Source: Candidatus Velthaea sp.
Lineage (GTDB): Bacteria; Vulcanimicrobiota; Vulcanimicrobiia; Vulcanimicrobiales; Vulcanimicrobiaceae
DNA: 43,406 nt
Reading direction: 5' to 3'
NCBI GenBank assembly: GCA_050012475.1
Contig: JBEKHC010000037.1
Location: forward strand, 1-43,406
Shown: one piece after another, positions 18,709 through 26,674 of the stretch
Position numbering within the stretch: position 1 is the first letter of the stretch
Layout: each line of letters starts with the position of its first letter
Notes under the pieces: generated by a model
Told to the model about the DNA's origin: nothing
Databases searched by the model: none
The model's input: only the letters and a program-made list of their open reading frames with translations
Made by a program: the position numbers and the translations under genes

Positions 18709-19649
18709 CAGGCGTTCTCCTCGACGAGCTTGCGGGCGAGGTTTTGAGCGACGACGATCGTGATGATCAGGATGACGAGCGACGCCGCCGCCGCGTATCC
18801 CGTGTCGAAGTTCTGAAAGCCGATCCGGTAGATCGCGACGGCGTTGGTCAGGGTGGCGCTGCCCGGACCGCCTTGCGTGGTGCCGAAGATGATGTCGAAG
18901 AGCCGAATCACTTCGACGACCGCGAGGATGGCGGCCACCGAGATGACGCTGCCCAGCAGCGGGATGTCGATCCGGAGCGCCATGTTGAACCAGTTCGCCC
19001 CGTCGAGCTTCGCTGCTTCGTAGATGCTGGGCGAGATCGAGAGCAGGCCGGCAATGAACAGAACCGTCGTAAACGGTGTCCACTCCCAGAGGTAGATCGC
19101 GATCAGCGTGGGCAGTGCGGTCTCGGTCGACGACAGCCACTGCAGCGCGGGCAGGTGGAGCGTCGAGAGCACCCAGTTCATCACGCCCGTCAACGGATCG
19201 AGAATATAGTTCCAGAACAGGCCGATGCAGAGCGGCGTGATCATCGTCGGGAGAATGAAGATGGTGCGCAGGAGGCGCGAGAACGGTGCGCCTTGGGCGG
19301 CGCGAAAGACCGACGCGCACAGATAACCCAAGAGCAGCTGCAGCGGAATCGCGACGATGAGAAACTTTGCGGAGACCCACAGCGAACCCAAGAACAGGGC
19401 GTCGCTCGCCATGCGCACGTAGTTTCCGAAGCCGACGAAATGCGTTGGTTCGGGACTTCCCAGATGGAAATCCGTGAAGCTGATATAGATTGAATAGATG
19501 AGCGGGTAGAGGGTCAGGCCGAGCAGCAGGATCATCGCCGGCGCGAGTAACACGTATCCGCCGAGTTGTCCGTCGGAGATCTGCCGTTTGAGCGAGACCC
19601 GCTCCGGAGGCCGAGCTGGAGACGTCGACCGAGCCGCTTCGTGAGCCAA
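18708..19649 (-). CDS. Carbohydrate ABC transporter permease (MalF-like)
   Basis: FVGFGNY, WEWTPF, YEAAKLDGA, TQGGPG, GYAAAAS. Confidence 0.95.
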   Translation of the reverse strand: MAHEAARSTSPARPPERVSLKRQISDGQLGGYVLLAPAMILLLGLTLYPLIYSIYISFTDFHLGSPEPTHFVGFGNYVRMASDALFLGSLWVSAKFLIVAIPLQLLLGYLCASVFRAAQGAPFSRLLRTIFILPTMITPLCIGLFWNYILDPLTGVMNWVLSTLHLPALQWLSSTETALPTLIAIYLWEWTPFTTVLFIAGLLSISPSIYEAAKLDGANWFNMALRIDIPLLGSVISVAAILAVVEVIRLFDIIFGTTQGGPGSATLTNAVAIYRIGFQNFDTGYAAAASLVILIITIVVAQNLARKLVEENA

Positions 19650-19682
19650 ACCTGCACCCTCGCTGCTGGAAGAACGAGTTCG

Positions 19683-19710
19683 GGGGCGGCTCGCATCTTC
19701 GAGTCGCCCC
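19683..19710 (-). promoter_or_regulatory. Intercistronic hairpin after the substrate-binding-protein gene
   Basis: GGGGCGGCTCG-N6-CGAGTCGCCCC, at the typical position for an mRNA-stabilising stem. Confidence 0.5.
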
Positions 19711-19737
19711 TTATCGATTACTCGTGACGCGAAGACC

Positions 19738-21180
19738 TTACTCGGTCAGCGAGTCGACGCGATACCCAGCTTTTTTGAGCATCGTTCCAATCTCGCGATC
19801 GGCGCCGAGCATCGCGTCCTTGGTCGACATCGTTCCGGCAAGCGCTTTGCCGATGTACGTGCCCAGGGTATTGATGATGTCGAAGCTTTGGCTGATGCGC
19901 GGCCGGCAGTCGGCGAACGCCGTCGGCACCGAGGTCTTGAGCGACGCGTACCACGGGTACTGCGTGTTGAGGTCGGCGTTGGAGAGCAGCGAGGTGCGCT
20001 GCGGGAAGCCGCCGGCTTTCGAGAACGCGAGCGCCGTTTCGGGGCTCGTGAACCACTTGATGAAGTCCCACGCGATGTCTTTTTGCGTTCCGTACTTGTT
20101 GATGCCCATCGTCCAGCCCCCGACTTGGGTCACGAGTTTTCCGTTGGTCGGAAAGTCGGCCGTGGCGAAGTCGCTCACGACGGTCGATTGGGCTGGATCC
20201 GAAAGCGACGGCGTGGTGACGTCCCACTCGTTCACGGCGGCGACGTGACCGGTTGCGAACGCGGTTTGACGCGATTGCCAGGCGCTGTTGAGCGCGCCGG
20301 GCGGTTGCGACGCGAGCAGTTTCTTGAACAGCTCGATCACTTCGAGACCCTGTTTGCTGGCAAACAACGGCGTCATGTTGGAATAGGGCTTGGCCGAACC
20401 CGGATACTCGCTGGTGAACGGTTTGCCGCCCGGGAAGTTGTAAATATACTCGAAGAACGCTTGGCCGACGGCGCTTCCGGCCTGATTGTTCATCGACGTG
20501 CCATAGACATTGGGGAGTTTGTCGTTCTTGGTCGCGGCCGCGGCGTTGCTGACGAACTCATCGAGCGTCTTGGCCGGCGAAAGACCGAGCGTCTTGTAAT
20601 ATTTTGCGTTGTAGGATTGGAGTACGAAATACGGGGCGAACGGGAAACCGACGATTTGGTTTTCCCACTGCGAAGCTTCGCGCATCACCGGGAAGAAATC
20701 GTCATATTGCAAGAATGCGGTTTCGGTCTTCTTGACGTACGGGTTGAGTGAATCCGTGCAGGGCACGAATTTTTGCGTCCATGGCACATCGAAGACGATG
20801 ATGTCGTACGTCTTGTCGTTTTGCCCGCAGGCGAGCACTTCTTTTTGATACGTCGCGTCGTACCCGAACGTGTCGACGCTGACTTTGGCTCCGGTCAGGG
20901 CGCTGAACGCGTCGCTCATCTTGTTGAAGGCGGGCAGGAACGGGTCGTTGATCATGATCACCCGGACCTGCTTGCCGGCATATTTATTCTTCAGTTGCGA
21001 GCTGAACTGTTGCCAGAGCGACGCGTGGTCGGCGGCGGCGGCCGGCTGCGGGCTGACCGCGAGCGCGCCGGCTGATACCGCGGTGAAAGCCGTCAGCGTG
21101 GCCGCAGCGAGAATGCGCCGCCACAGCGGGGTAGGCGATGCGCCGCGTATCCGTGCGGCGCGAAGAGATTCAGAATTCAT
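19738..21180 (-). CDS. Sugar ABC transporter substrate-binding protein (CUT1)
   Basis: Signal peptide ending AAAA-D, YDIIVFDVPW, GGWTMGIN, AWDFIKW. ATG 21180 has an AGGAG RBS. Confidence 0.92.
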   Translation of the reverse strand: MNSESLRAARIRGASPTPLWRRILAAATLTAFTAVSAGALAVSPQPAAAADHASLWQQFSSQLKNKYAGKQVRVIMINDPFLPAFNKMSDAFSALTGAKVSVDTFGYDATYQKEVLACGQNDKTYDIIVFDVPWTQKFVPCTDSLNPYVKKTETAFLQYDDFFPVMREASQWENQIVGFPFAPYFVLQSYNAKYYKTLGLSPAKTLDEFVSNAAAATKNDKLPNVYGTSMNNQAGSAVGQAFFEYIYNFPGGKPFTSEYPGSAKPYSNMTPLFASKQGLEVIELFKKLLASQPPGALNSAWQSRQTAFATGHVAAVNEWDVTTPSLSDPAQSTVVSDFATADFPTNGKLVTQVGGWTMGINKYGTQKDIAWDFIKWFTSPETALAFSKAGGFPQRTSLLSNADLNTQYPWYASLKTSVPTAFADCRPRISQSFDIINTLGTYIGKALAGTMSTKDAMLGADREIGTMLKKAGYRVDSLTE

Positions 21181-21515
21181 ACGAACTCCTGCTTGGGAAC
21201 CGACGAAAAGTCCATCGCGCCACAACGCGCGCCGGACGAACGAACCTTCTACCACCCGGCCGGAAAGACTCTTCGCAACATTGCGCGCGGGCCGCAGAGC
21301 GTCGAGCGGCCAACGCGGAAACGGCTTGCGACGTGGTTTGCACTGTTACCGCCACCGCGCATCTTTTTCGCCTCGCGAACCAGCGCGGTCGCGGCAGCAA
21401 GATCGGTGACGGCGCGTTCGCGGGAAAGCTCGCGCTCGAATTGCCGACGGCGCCAGTCATAAAGTAGAGCATCTTGCCGGCTGCGGTCCCGGTAACAATG
21501 TATTCGGGTGACGAT

Positions 21516-21527
21516 GGTAGCGCTACC
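21516..21527. promoter_or_regulatory. Putative LacI-family operator
   Basis: Perfect palindrome GGTAGCGCTACC upstream of the sugar ABC operon. Related sites are TGTTACCGCCACC (21344-21356) and CGGTAACA (21490-21497). Confidence 0.55.
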
Positions 21528-21544
21528 CCCGCTTACGAAGCGCT

Positions 21545-21766
21545 TCGCCAACGCAGCGCTTCGCCCGAGTCGAGCAGATGCCGCGAGCTTGGCCCGAGCC
21601 GATCGAGTCCCAGACGACGAGGGTATCGCCCGGCGCACATCGCGATCGCAGCGCCTCCGAGGCGGCATCTTCGTGAATGACGACGCACCACGCAGCGTGT
21701 CGAGCGTCGAGCTGCAGCGCCGTCGCTTATTCGTCCGTCGACACGCCCGTGCAGCCAACCAGGCAT
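21545..21766 (-). pseudogene. Serine recombinase (resolvase/invertase) catalytic-domain pseudogene
   Basis: Across frameshifts: M-LVGCTGVSTDE*ATALQLDA...CVVIHEDAAS...PGDTLVVW / LDRLGPSSRHLLD. This is a degenerate form of GYARVSTxxQ...GDTLVVWRLDRLGRS. Confidence 0.85.
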
Positions 21767-21780
21767 TCCGGGCTTGGGCT

Positions 21781-21880
21781 TCGTTTCGGGACAAGTTTAG
21801 GGGACACGCGGACCCGCTTCGCGTCTGGGTTCGCAAACGTCCCAAAAACGAGGTTTTCGTAACGACTCGAGTCCTAAACT
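21781..21880. promoter_or_regulatory. Putative res/hix-like recombinase binding region
   Basis: Imperfect palindrome CGTCCCAAAAAC-GAG-GTTTTCGTAACG (21838-21864) plus GGGACA repeats (21788, 21801), directly upstream of the resolvase relic. Confidence 0.6.
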
Positions 21881-22100
21881 GCAGCTAAATAGTATGCGTT
21901 CATTCGGGGTTGGGCGTGCGTTCGCTGGTCATAGGCTGAGCCCCATTTTTGGTGGCTGGGTGCGAGGAAGCGCTTCGCGTTGGGGGACTTGGCGTCTCTA
22001 GCGAGCGAGATCGTCGAAGGCGCTCGCGGCGCGGCAGCCAATGTCGCCGTTCGGACCGCTCGAACGGCCTTGCATACGCGTGCGTTAAGGTAGGGAAGCG

Positions 22101-22397
22101 ATGAGAATGATGCTGCGAATACAGATGCCTGCGGAGGCGGCGAATGCCGCCATCAAGGATGGACGCTTCGCAAAGGTGATGTCCGAGACGATGGAACGGC
22201 TGAAGCCCGAAGCGGCGTACTTTACGTCGTTCGAGGGTGACCGGTGCGGCTTCATCGTGTTCGATATGGAGCACCCGAGCGACATCCCGTCGATTTGCGA
22301 GCCGTTTTTTTACGCCGTGCACGCGAAGGTCGAGTTGCAGCCGGCGATGACCGCCGAAGACGTACAAACCGGGCTCGCGAAAGCGAACGCAAGCTGA
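22101..22397 (+). CDS. Conserved hypothetical protein (DUF3303/GYD-like small barrel)
   Basis: 98 aa, KPEAAYF...GFIVFDM...IPSICEPFF...PAMTAED, with an RBS-like upstream sequence. Confidence 0.75.
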   Translation: MRMMLRIQMPAEAANAAIKDGRFAKVMSETMERLKPEAAYFTSFEGDRCGFIVFDMEHPSDIPSICEPFFYAVHAKVELQPAMTAEDVQTGLAKANAS

Positions 22398-22521
22398 CGT
22401 AGCAAGAGTCGTGCGAAGGCGTGACGATGCATGCGCCAACGGCCGCTGCACGATGGATCGAGCTGTTCAGGTCAGCGACGCTTTGAGAAAGTCCCGTCGA
22501 AGGCGGCGCCCGTCGATCAAT

Positions 22522-22729
22522 CCTTCTTTCCGGTAAACGGTGTGGTTTTCCGGATTTGCTCCCGGAGGCCGGGGATCTCCGCCTGCGAACGAGGCGGGCG
22601 CGGATGAACTCGGTTCACATCATGGCGAAGTGAGCGGACGGCCCGGGCGCGCAGCCCCCTCGGGCAGGCGAGCAAGGCCGCCCGGACCTGCCGCCTGGAA
22701 CACACCGCGTAAGGCTTGAGGAAAAGGGG
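22522..22729. ncRNA. Candidate structured RNA of unassigned family
   Basis: Nested long-range complementarity: 22522-31/22720-29, 22538-44/22701-07, 22548-53/22695-700, 22556-61/22670-75, plus internal hairpins. No credible ORF. Confidence 0.45.
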
Positions 22730-22774
22730 GGCTTTCGCGGAGGTTCGCGGGGCGCATGAGATAATGCGTGGGAG

Positions 22775-24238
22775 ATGACCCACTTCCCGACGATCATCCA
22801 AGGCGGCATGGGCGCGGGCGTCTCGTCCTGGCGCTTGGCTCACGCCGTGTCGGAACTCGGGCAGCTCGGAGTTGTCTCCGGAACGGCGCTCGATCAGATT
22901 CTGGCGCGGCGGCTTCAGGATGGCGATGCCGGCGGCCACATGCGTCGCGCGCTCGACCATTTCCCGGTGTCTGCGATGGCCGAGCGGGTCTGGCAAGCCT
23001 ACTTCATCCCGGGCGGCAAGGCCGACACCGACCCGTATAAGAGCGTCCCGATGCCGGTGCGCGACAGCCCGCGCGAACTGCTGGAACTCACGGTCGTCGC
23101 GAATTTCGTCGAGGTCTGGCTGGCACGCGAGGGCCACGCCAACCCCGTCGGCATCAATTATCTCGAAAAAATTCAAGTTCCGCATCTGCCGTCGCTCTAC
23201 GGTGCGCTCTTGGCCGGCGTGGGCTATGTGATCGTTGGCGCCGGGATTCCGCTCAAGATTCCCGAGGCACTCGATCGTCTGGCCCGGCACGAGCCGGCGA
23301 CCTATCCGCTGAACGTGATCGGCGCGCAAGAGGGCGATGAGACGGCCCTCACCTTCGACCCGAGCCAGTTCATCGGCGCCGATCCCCCGCCGCTTGTGCG
23401 GCCCCGGTTTCTGGCCATCGTGGCATCGAACGTGCTGGCGGCCTCGCTGGTGAAGAAGATCAAGTCCGGCCTCGACGGGTTCGTCATCGAGGGCCCGACG
23501 GCCGGCGGTCACAATGCACCGCCGCGCGGAAAGATGCAAGTCGATGCCGGCGGTGTGGTGGTGTACGGCGAGCGTGATCGGGTCGATCTGGAGAAGATCC
23601 GCGAACTGGGGTTGCCGTTTTGGCTTGCCGGCGGCTATGGTTCGGCGGAAAAACTCCGCGAGGCGCTCGCGCAAGGGGCGGCGGGCATTCAAGTCGGAAC
23701 CGCGTTCGCGTTCTGCGCCGAGTCCGGCTTGCGGCCCGATTACAAGCGCGCGATCATCGAGCAAGTCGTCAACGGCGATGCGCGCGTCTTTACCGATCCG
23801 GTCGCTTCGCCGACCAATTTCCCGTTCAAAGTGGCTCGCCTGGAGGGCACGGTCTCCGAAGAAGGCACGTACCTCGCGCGGCCGCGCATCTGCGATCTCG
23901 GCTTTTTGCGCGATGCCTATCGCACCGATGACGGGGCGATCGGCTACCGCTGCTCGGCGGAGCCGGTCAATCTGTACGTGAAAAAAGGCGGCAAGCCCGC
24001 AGAGACCGTGGGGCGCAAGTGCATTTGCAACGCGCTGCTCGCCACCATCGGTCAACCGCAGCGGCGCAAGGGCAAGATCGAGGAAAAAGGCATCGTGACT
24101 TCGGGCGACGACTTGGTCGAAATCGGGCGCTTCGTACGACCCGACCGGCTCGAGTACCGTGCTGCCGACGTTTTGGCCATTTTGCTGGGTGAGGCGCTGC
24201 CGCAGCCGCACGCATCGGGAACCGCAGCAGCAACTTAG
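22775..24238 (+). CDS. Nitronate monooxygenase/FabK-like FMN TIM-barrel oxidoreductase with C-terminal Cys cluster
   Basis: IIQGGMGAGVS, VGAGIP, EGPTAGGH, LAGG, GIQVGTAF, cysteines in RICDLG / YRCSAEP / RKCICNAL. GATAAT -10-like box at 22760. Confidence 0.88.
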   Translation: MTHFPTIIQGGMGAGVSSWRLAHAVSELGQLGVVSGTALDQILARRLQDGDAGGHMRRALDHFPVSAMAERVWQAYFIPGGKADTDPYKSVPMPVRDSPRELLELTVVANFVEVWLAREGHANPVGINYLEKIQVPHLPSLYGALLAGVGYVIVGAGIPLKIPEALDRLARHEPATYPLNVIGAQEGDETALTFDPSQFIGADPPPLVRPRFLAIVASNVLAASLVKKIKSGLDGFVIEGPTAGGHNAPPRGKMQVDAGGVVVYGERDRVDLEKIRELGLPFWLAGGYGSAEKLREALAQGAAGIQVGTAFAFCAESGLRPDYKRAIIEQVVNGDARVFTDPVASPTNFPFKVARLEGTVSEEGTYLARPRICDLGFLRDAYRTDDGAIGYRCSAEPVNLYVKKGGKPAETVGRKCICNALLATIGQPQRRKGKIEEKGIVTSGDDLVEIGRFVRPDRLEYRAADVLAILLGEALPQPHASGTAAAT

Positions 24239-24298
24239 CAGCGCGGCGACCGGCCAGGAGAAGGCACCGGCTGCTGGGCTGTCTCATACTGGAGCTTC

Positions 24299-25120
24299 GT
24301 GGCACTCTTAGACGGAAAAATCGCGCTCGTCACCGGCGTCGCGAATCGATGGTCAATCGCGACCGGCATCGCCCGCGCTCTGCACGCGCACGGCGCGCAG
24401 CTGTGTTTCATCTATCAGGGCGAGCGCGTGCGCGATGAAGTGGAAAAGCTTGCCGCTGAACTCGGCGGCGCGCGATTCTACGCGTGTGACGTGACCTCGG
24501 ATGAGGCGCTGGCCGATCTGGCCGCCTGCATCCAGCGCGACTACGGCCGGCTCGACGTGCTGGTGCATTCCATTGCGTACACGCGCAAGGAAGATCTCCA
24601 GGGCAAAGTATATACGACGTCGCGCGATGGTTTCGCGCTGGCGCTCGACGTATCGTCGTATTCGCTCATCGGCTTGACCAATGCGCTCGTCGACGTGCTG
24701 GCCGACGGATCGAGCGTCATGGCTTTGACGTATCTGGGCGGGACGGCGATCGTTCCCAACTACAATCTGGCCGGAATCGCGAAAGCTGCGCTCGAGTCGA
24801 TCGTCCGCTACCTCGCGTACGATCTGGGCGACCGCGGCATCCGCGTCAACGCGATCTCCGCGGGTCCGATCTCGACGGCCAGTTCGCGTCAGGTTCGCGG
24901 GTTCAAGACGATTCTCGAGCGCGTCGCCGCGGCTTCGCCGCTGCGGCACAACGTCACGCCCGAAGACGTCGGTAATACCGCCGTCTATCTGGCCTCCGAC
25001 CTGTCGCGCGCCGTCACGTCCGACGTCCATTTCGTCGATGCCGGGTTCCATTCAGTCGGCATGTGGGACGACACGCCGTCACGCTCGCGAGAAAACGGCG
25101 GCACCGAGCGCTCTCCCTAG
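24299..25120 (+). CDS. fabI: Enoyl-ACP reductase
   Basis: VTGVANRWSIA, LVHSIAY, DVSSYSL, LTYLG, YNLAGIAKAALES, RVNAISAGPI, VDAG. Confidence 0.93.
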   Translation: MALLDGKIALVTGVANRWSIATGIARALHAHGAQLCFIYQGERVRDEVEKLAAELGGARFYACDVTSDEALADLAACIQRDYGRLDVLVHSIAYTRKEDLQGKVYTTSRDGFALALDVSSYSLIGLTNALVDVLADGSSVMALTYLGGTAIVPNYNLAGIAKAALESIVRYLAYDLGDRGIRVNAISAGPISTASSRQVRGFKTILERVAAASPLRHNVTPEDVGNTAVYLASDLSRAVTSDVHFVDAGFHSVGMWDDTPSRSRENGGTERSP

Positions 25121-25121
25121 A

Positions 25122-25140
25122 GGATCGACTTCGTCGATCC
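25122..25140 (+). terminator. Hairpin immediately after fabI
   Basis: GGATCGAC-TTC-GTCGATCC. Confidence 0.45.
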
Positions 25141-25208
25141 GTCGCGTTTGCGGCTTCGCCGCAAGCTGTCCGCCGTAACAAGTCGGGTTCGATTGAAACG
25201 CTCCGGTG

Positions 25209-25691
25209 CTACATCTTCATCATCGTCGCGTGGCCGGCGTGGTCGCTCACTTGCGCGGCGAACCAGCGGTGAAGGGCGACGATCGTGCGGAGATCGCGAC
25301 TGACGAACACGATTTGTGCGCCGTCTTCGAGGTCGGCATACCGGACTTGCAGCTTCCCGCGACTCGCCTGCAGCGTCGAGAGCCCCGGCATTGCCGAGCC
25401 GTGAATCGCGGCCGGATCGGAGAAGTCACCCCGGGCAAAGGCTGCGGACTCCTTGCGCAAATGCGATCGGACGAGCGCGATTTGTTGGGGGTCGCGGTCC
25501 GTGACGATCACGGCTTGTGTCCCGCCGTCCGGGCTAGGCGTGAAGACGTGCTGCGTCCGTGTCATCGAAAAGGGCATCACCGCTTCGCTCTTGCGTTCGA
25601 CGTCGGCCCGGTGGGCGGTCGTTTCATCGGCGAGCGCGGGCGGACCGGCGAAGCACGCGAGCAGCGCGCACACCGCGAGAAGACATCTCAT
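25209..25691 (-). CDS. Secreted hypothetical protein, His/Met-containing (possible metal binding)
   Basis: Signal peptide ending ALA-D, VMPF...HVF...DGG, GDFSDPAAIHG..MPG, ALHRWFAAQVSDH. Confidence 0.75.
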   Translation of the reverse strand: MRCLLAVCALLACFAGPPALADETTAHRADVERKSEAVMPFSMTRTQHVFTPSPDGGTQAVIVTDRDPQQIALVRSHLRKESAAFARGDFSDPAAIHGSAMPGLSTLQASRGKLQVRYADLEDGAQIVFVSRDLRTIVALHRWFAAQVSDHAGHATMMKM

Positions 25692-25744
25692 CGCGGGCTG
25701 TTTCAGCGAATTTCGTTCGACAACCCGCGGCCGGATGGATTCGT

Positions 25745-25906
25745 CTCGGCTCCGCTCGACGAATCCTCGGATCAGGCTTCGTCCCGAGCGAAGCCGAGGG
25801 CCCTCATCGGAGCGAAGCCGATGGTGCCCATCCGAGCGAAGCCGCGGACGCCTATCCGAGCGAAGCCGCGGGTGCCCATCCGAGCGAAGCCCAGGGCACC
25901 CATCCG
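25745..25906. repeat. REP-like hairpin followed by five 24-bp tandem repeats
   Basis: Units start at 25784, 25808, 25832, 25856 and 25880, each C(C/G)GAGCGAAGCC plus 12 variable nt ending in AT. The first unit pairs with CTCGGCTCCGCTC at 25745-25757. Confidence 0.9.
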
Positions 25907-25912
25907 TCGAGC

Positions 25913-26509
25913 TCAGTGAGGTTCGAACGCGTGACGCTTCACCCGAGCGTCGAGGACCAATCGTGCGACGTCGGAGTGCGCGCGCCGCCGCTTCTCATCG
26001 AAGAGCATCGCGTATTGCATGGGCTTGTTGTAGCCGGCCCGCGCAGCGGACCGATGCGCCCAAGCGTTCTCGACGTATTCCGCTATCGTGCGCAGCAGTT
26101 CGCGCGCGGAGGCCTGGGTGATGCGGCGAAACAGCGTCATATCGTGGCCGTTTGCGGACAGGGTTGCGATTTCGTCGCCGGCGCTGATGGCGATCTCGAA
26201 GGAGTCATCGTCGCGACACTTCGCGATCGTCAACACACCGCCGAACTCCGGAAGCTCGTCGATGAGGGCAGGCAGCGACCACGTCACCGAACAGACCTGT
26301 TGCGGATCTTTCTTGGCGGCCAGCGAACCGAGCGTCGCACACAGCCGGCGTTCGAGCAACGGACGCCGCTGGGCGAAGACATTCGCCGGAAGGCGTAACG
26401 CAACGTGCGTGCTGCCGTCACCCGTTCGATGCTGGGCAAGAAAATCAGCGAGATAATGCGCTGCATCTGTATACGGGCAGCGAACTATCCGTTTCACGAT
26501 GTCACTCAT
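25913..26509 (-). CDS. Hypothetical protein (~198 aa)
   Basis: MSDIVKRIVRCPY..., open frame with GGAG upstream. No family recognised. Confidence 0.6.
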   Translation of the reverse strand: MSDIVKRIVRCPYTDAAHYLADFLAQHRTGDGSTHVALRLPANVFAQRRPLLERRLCATLGSLAAKKDPQQVCSVTWSLPALIDELPEFGGVLTIAKCRDDDSFEIAISAGDEIATLSANGHDMTLFRRITQASARELLRTIAEYVENAWAHRSAARAGYNKPMQYAMLFDEKRRRAHSDVARLVLDARVKRHAFEPH

Positions 26510-26639
26510 TGACAAATCTCCGGAAGTCCATGATAGCGCGAAAAAGCTCGACGGGCATCTTCCAAACCGCTGACCAATGCGATGTTGTTGTAAAGAAAAC
26601 ATTTGTTTCCCAAACGCAAAAGGCATAGCACTCCGGAAC

Positions 26640-26659
26640 AAGCCCAACCGCTTGGGCTT
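26640..26659 (-). terminator. Hairpin downstream of the monooxygenase
   Basis: AAGCCCAA-CCGC-TTGGGCTT. Confidence 0.5.
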
Positions 26660-26674
26660 CCGTTGGCTCCGAGA

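Noticed and set aside
17878..19380. 500-aa permease as given in the ORF track
   Set aside because: The N-terminal ~220 aa is an off-frame overlap of the upstream permease. The real start is 18708.
22390..22730. RNase P, SRP or 6S RNA identity for the structured element
   Set aside because: Only isolated words match (GAGAAAGTCC, GAGCAAGGCC, CAGGTCCGG, TGAAC/GGTTCA). The order, spacing and other universal motifs (RNase P 3' signature, SRP GGAAGCAG) are missing.
22517..24211. Long antisense or alternative-frame ORFs (e.g. 22517-24211, 28717-30033, 30359-31855, 40427-41539)
   Set aside because: Shadow ORFs of real genes in high-GC DNA, with Arg/Ala-rich translations and no motifs.
25784..25903. 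24-bp periodic array as a mini-CRISPR
   Set aside because: The constant part is only 12 bp, the variable parts are 12 bp and similar to each other, and no cas genes are present.
26595..26609. LexA/DinR-like box AAAC-ATTT-GTTT
   Set aside because: Both half-sites deviate from GAAC/GTTC, the context is AT-rich, and the downstream gene has no SOS link.
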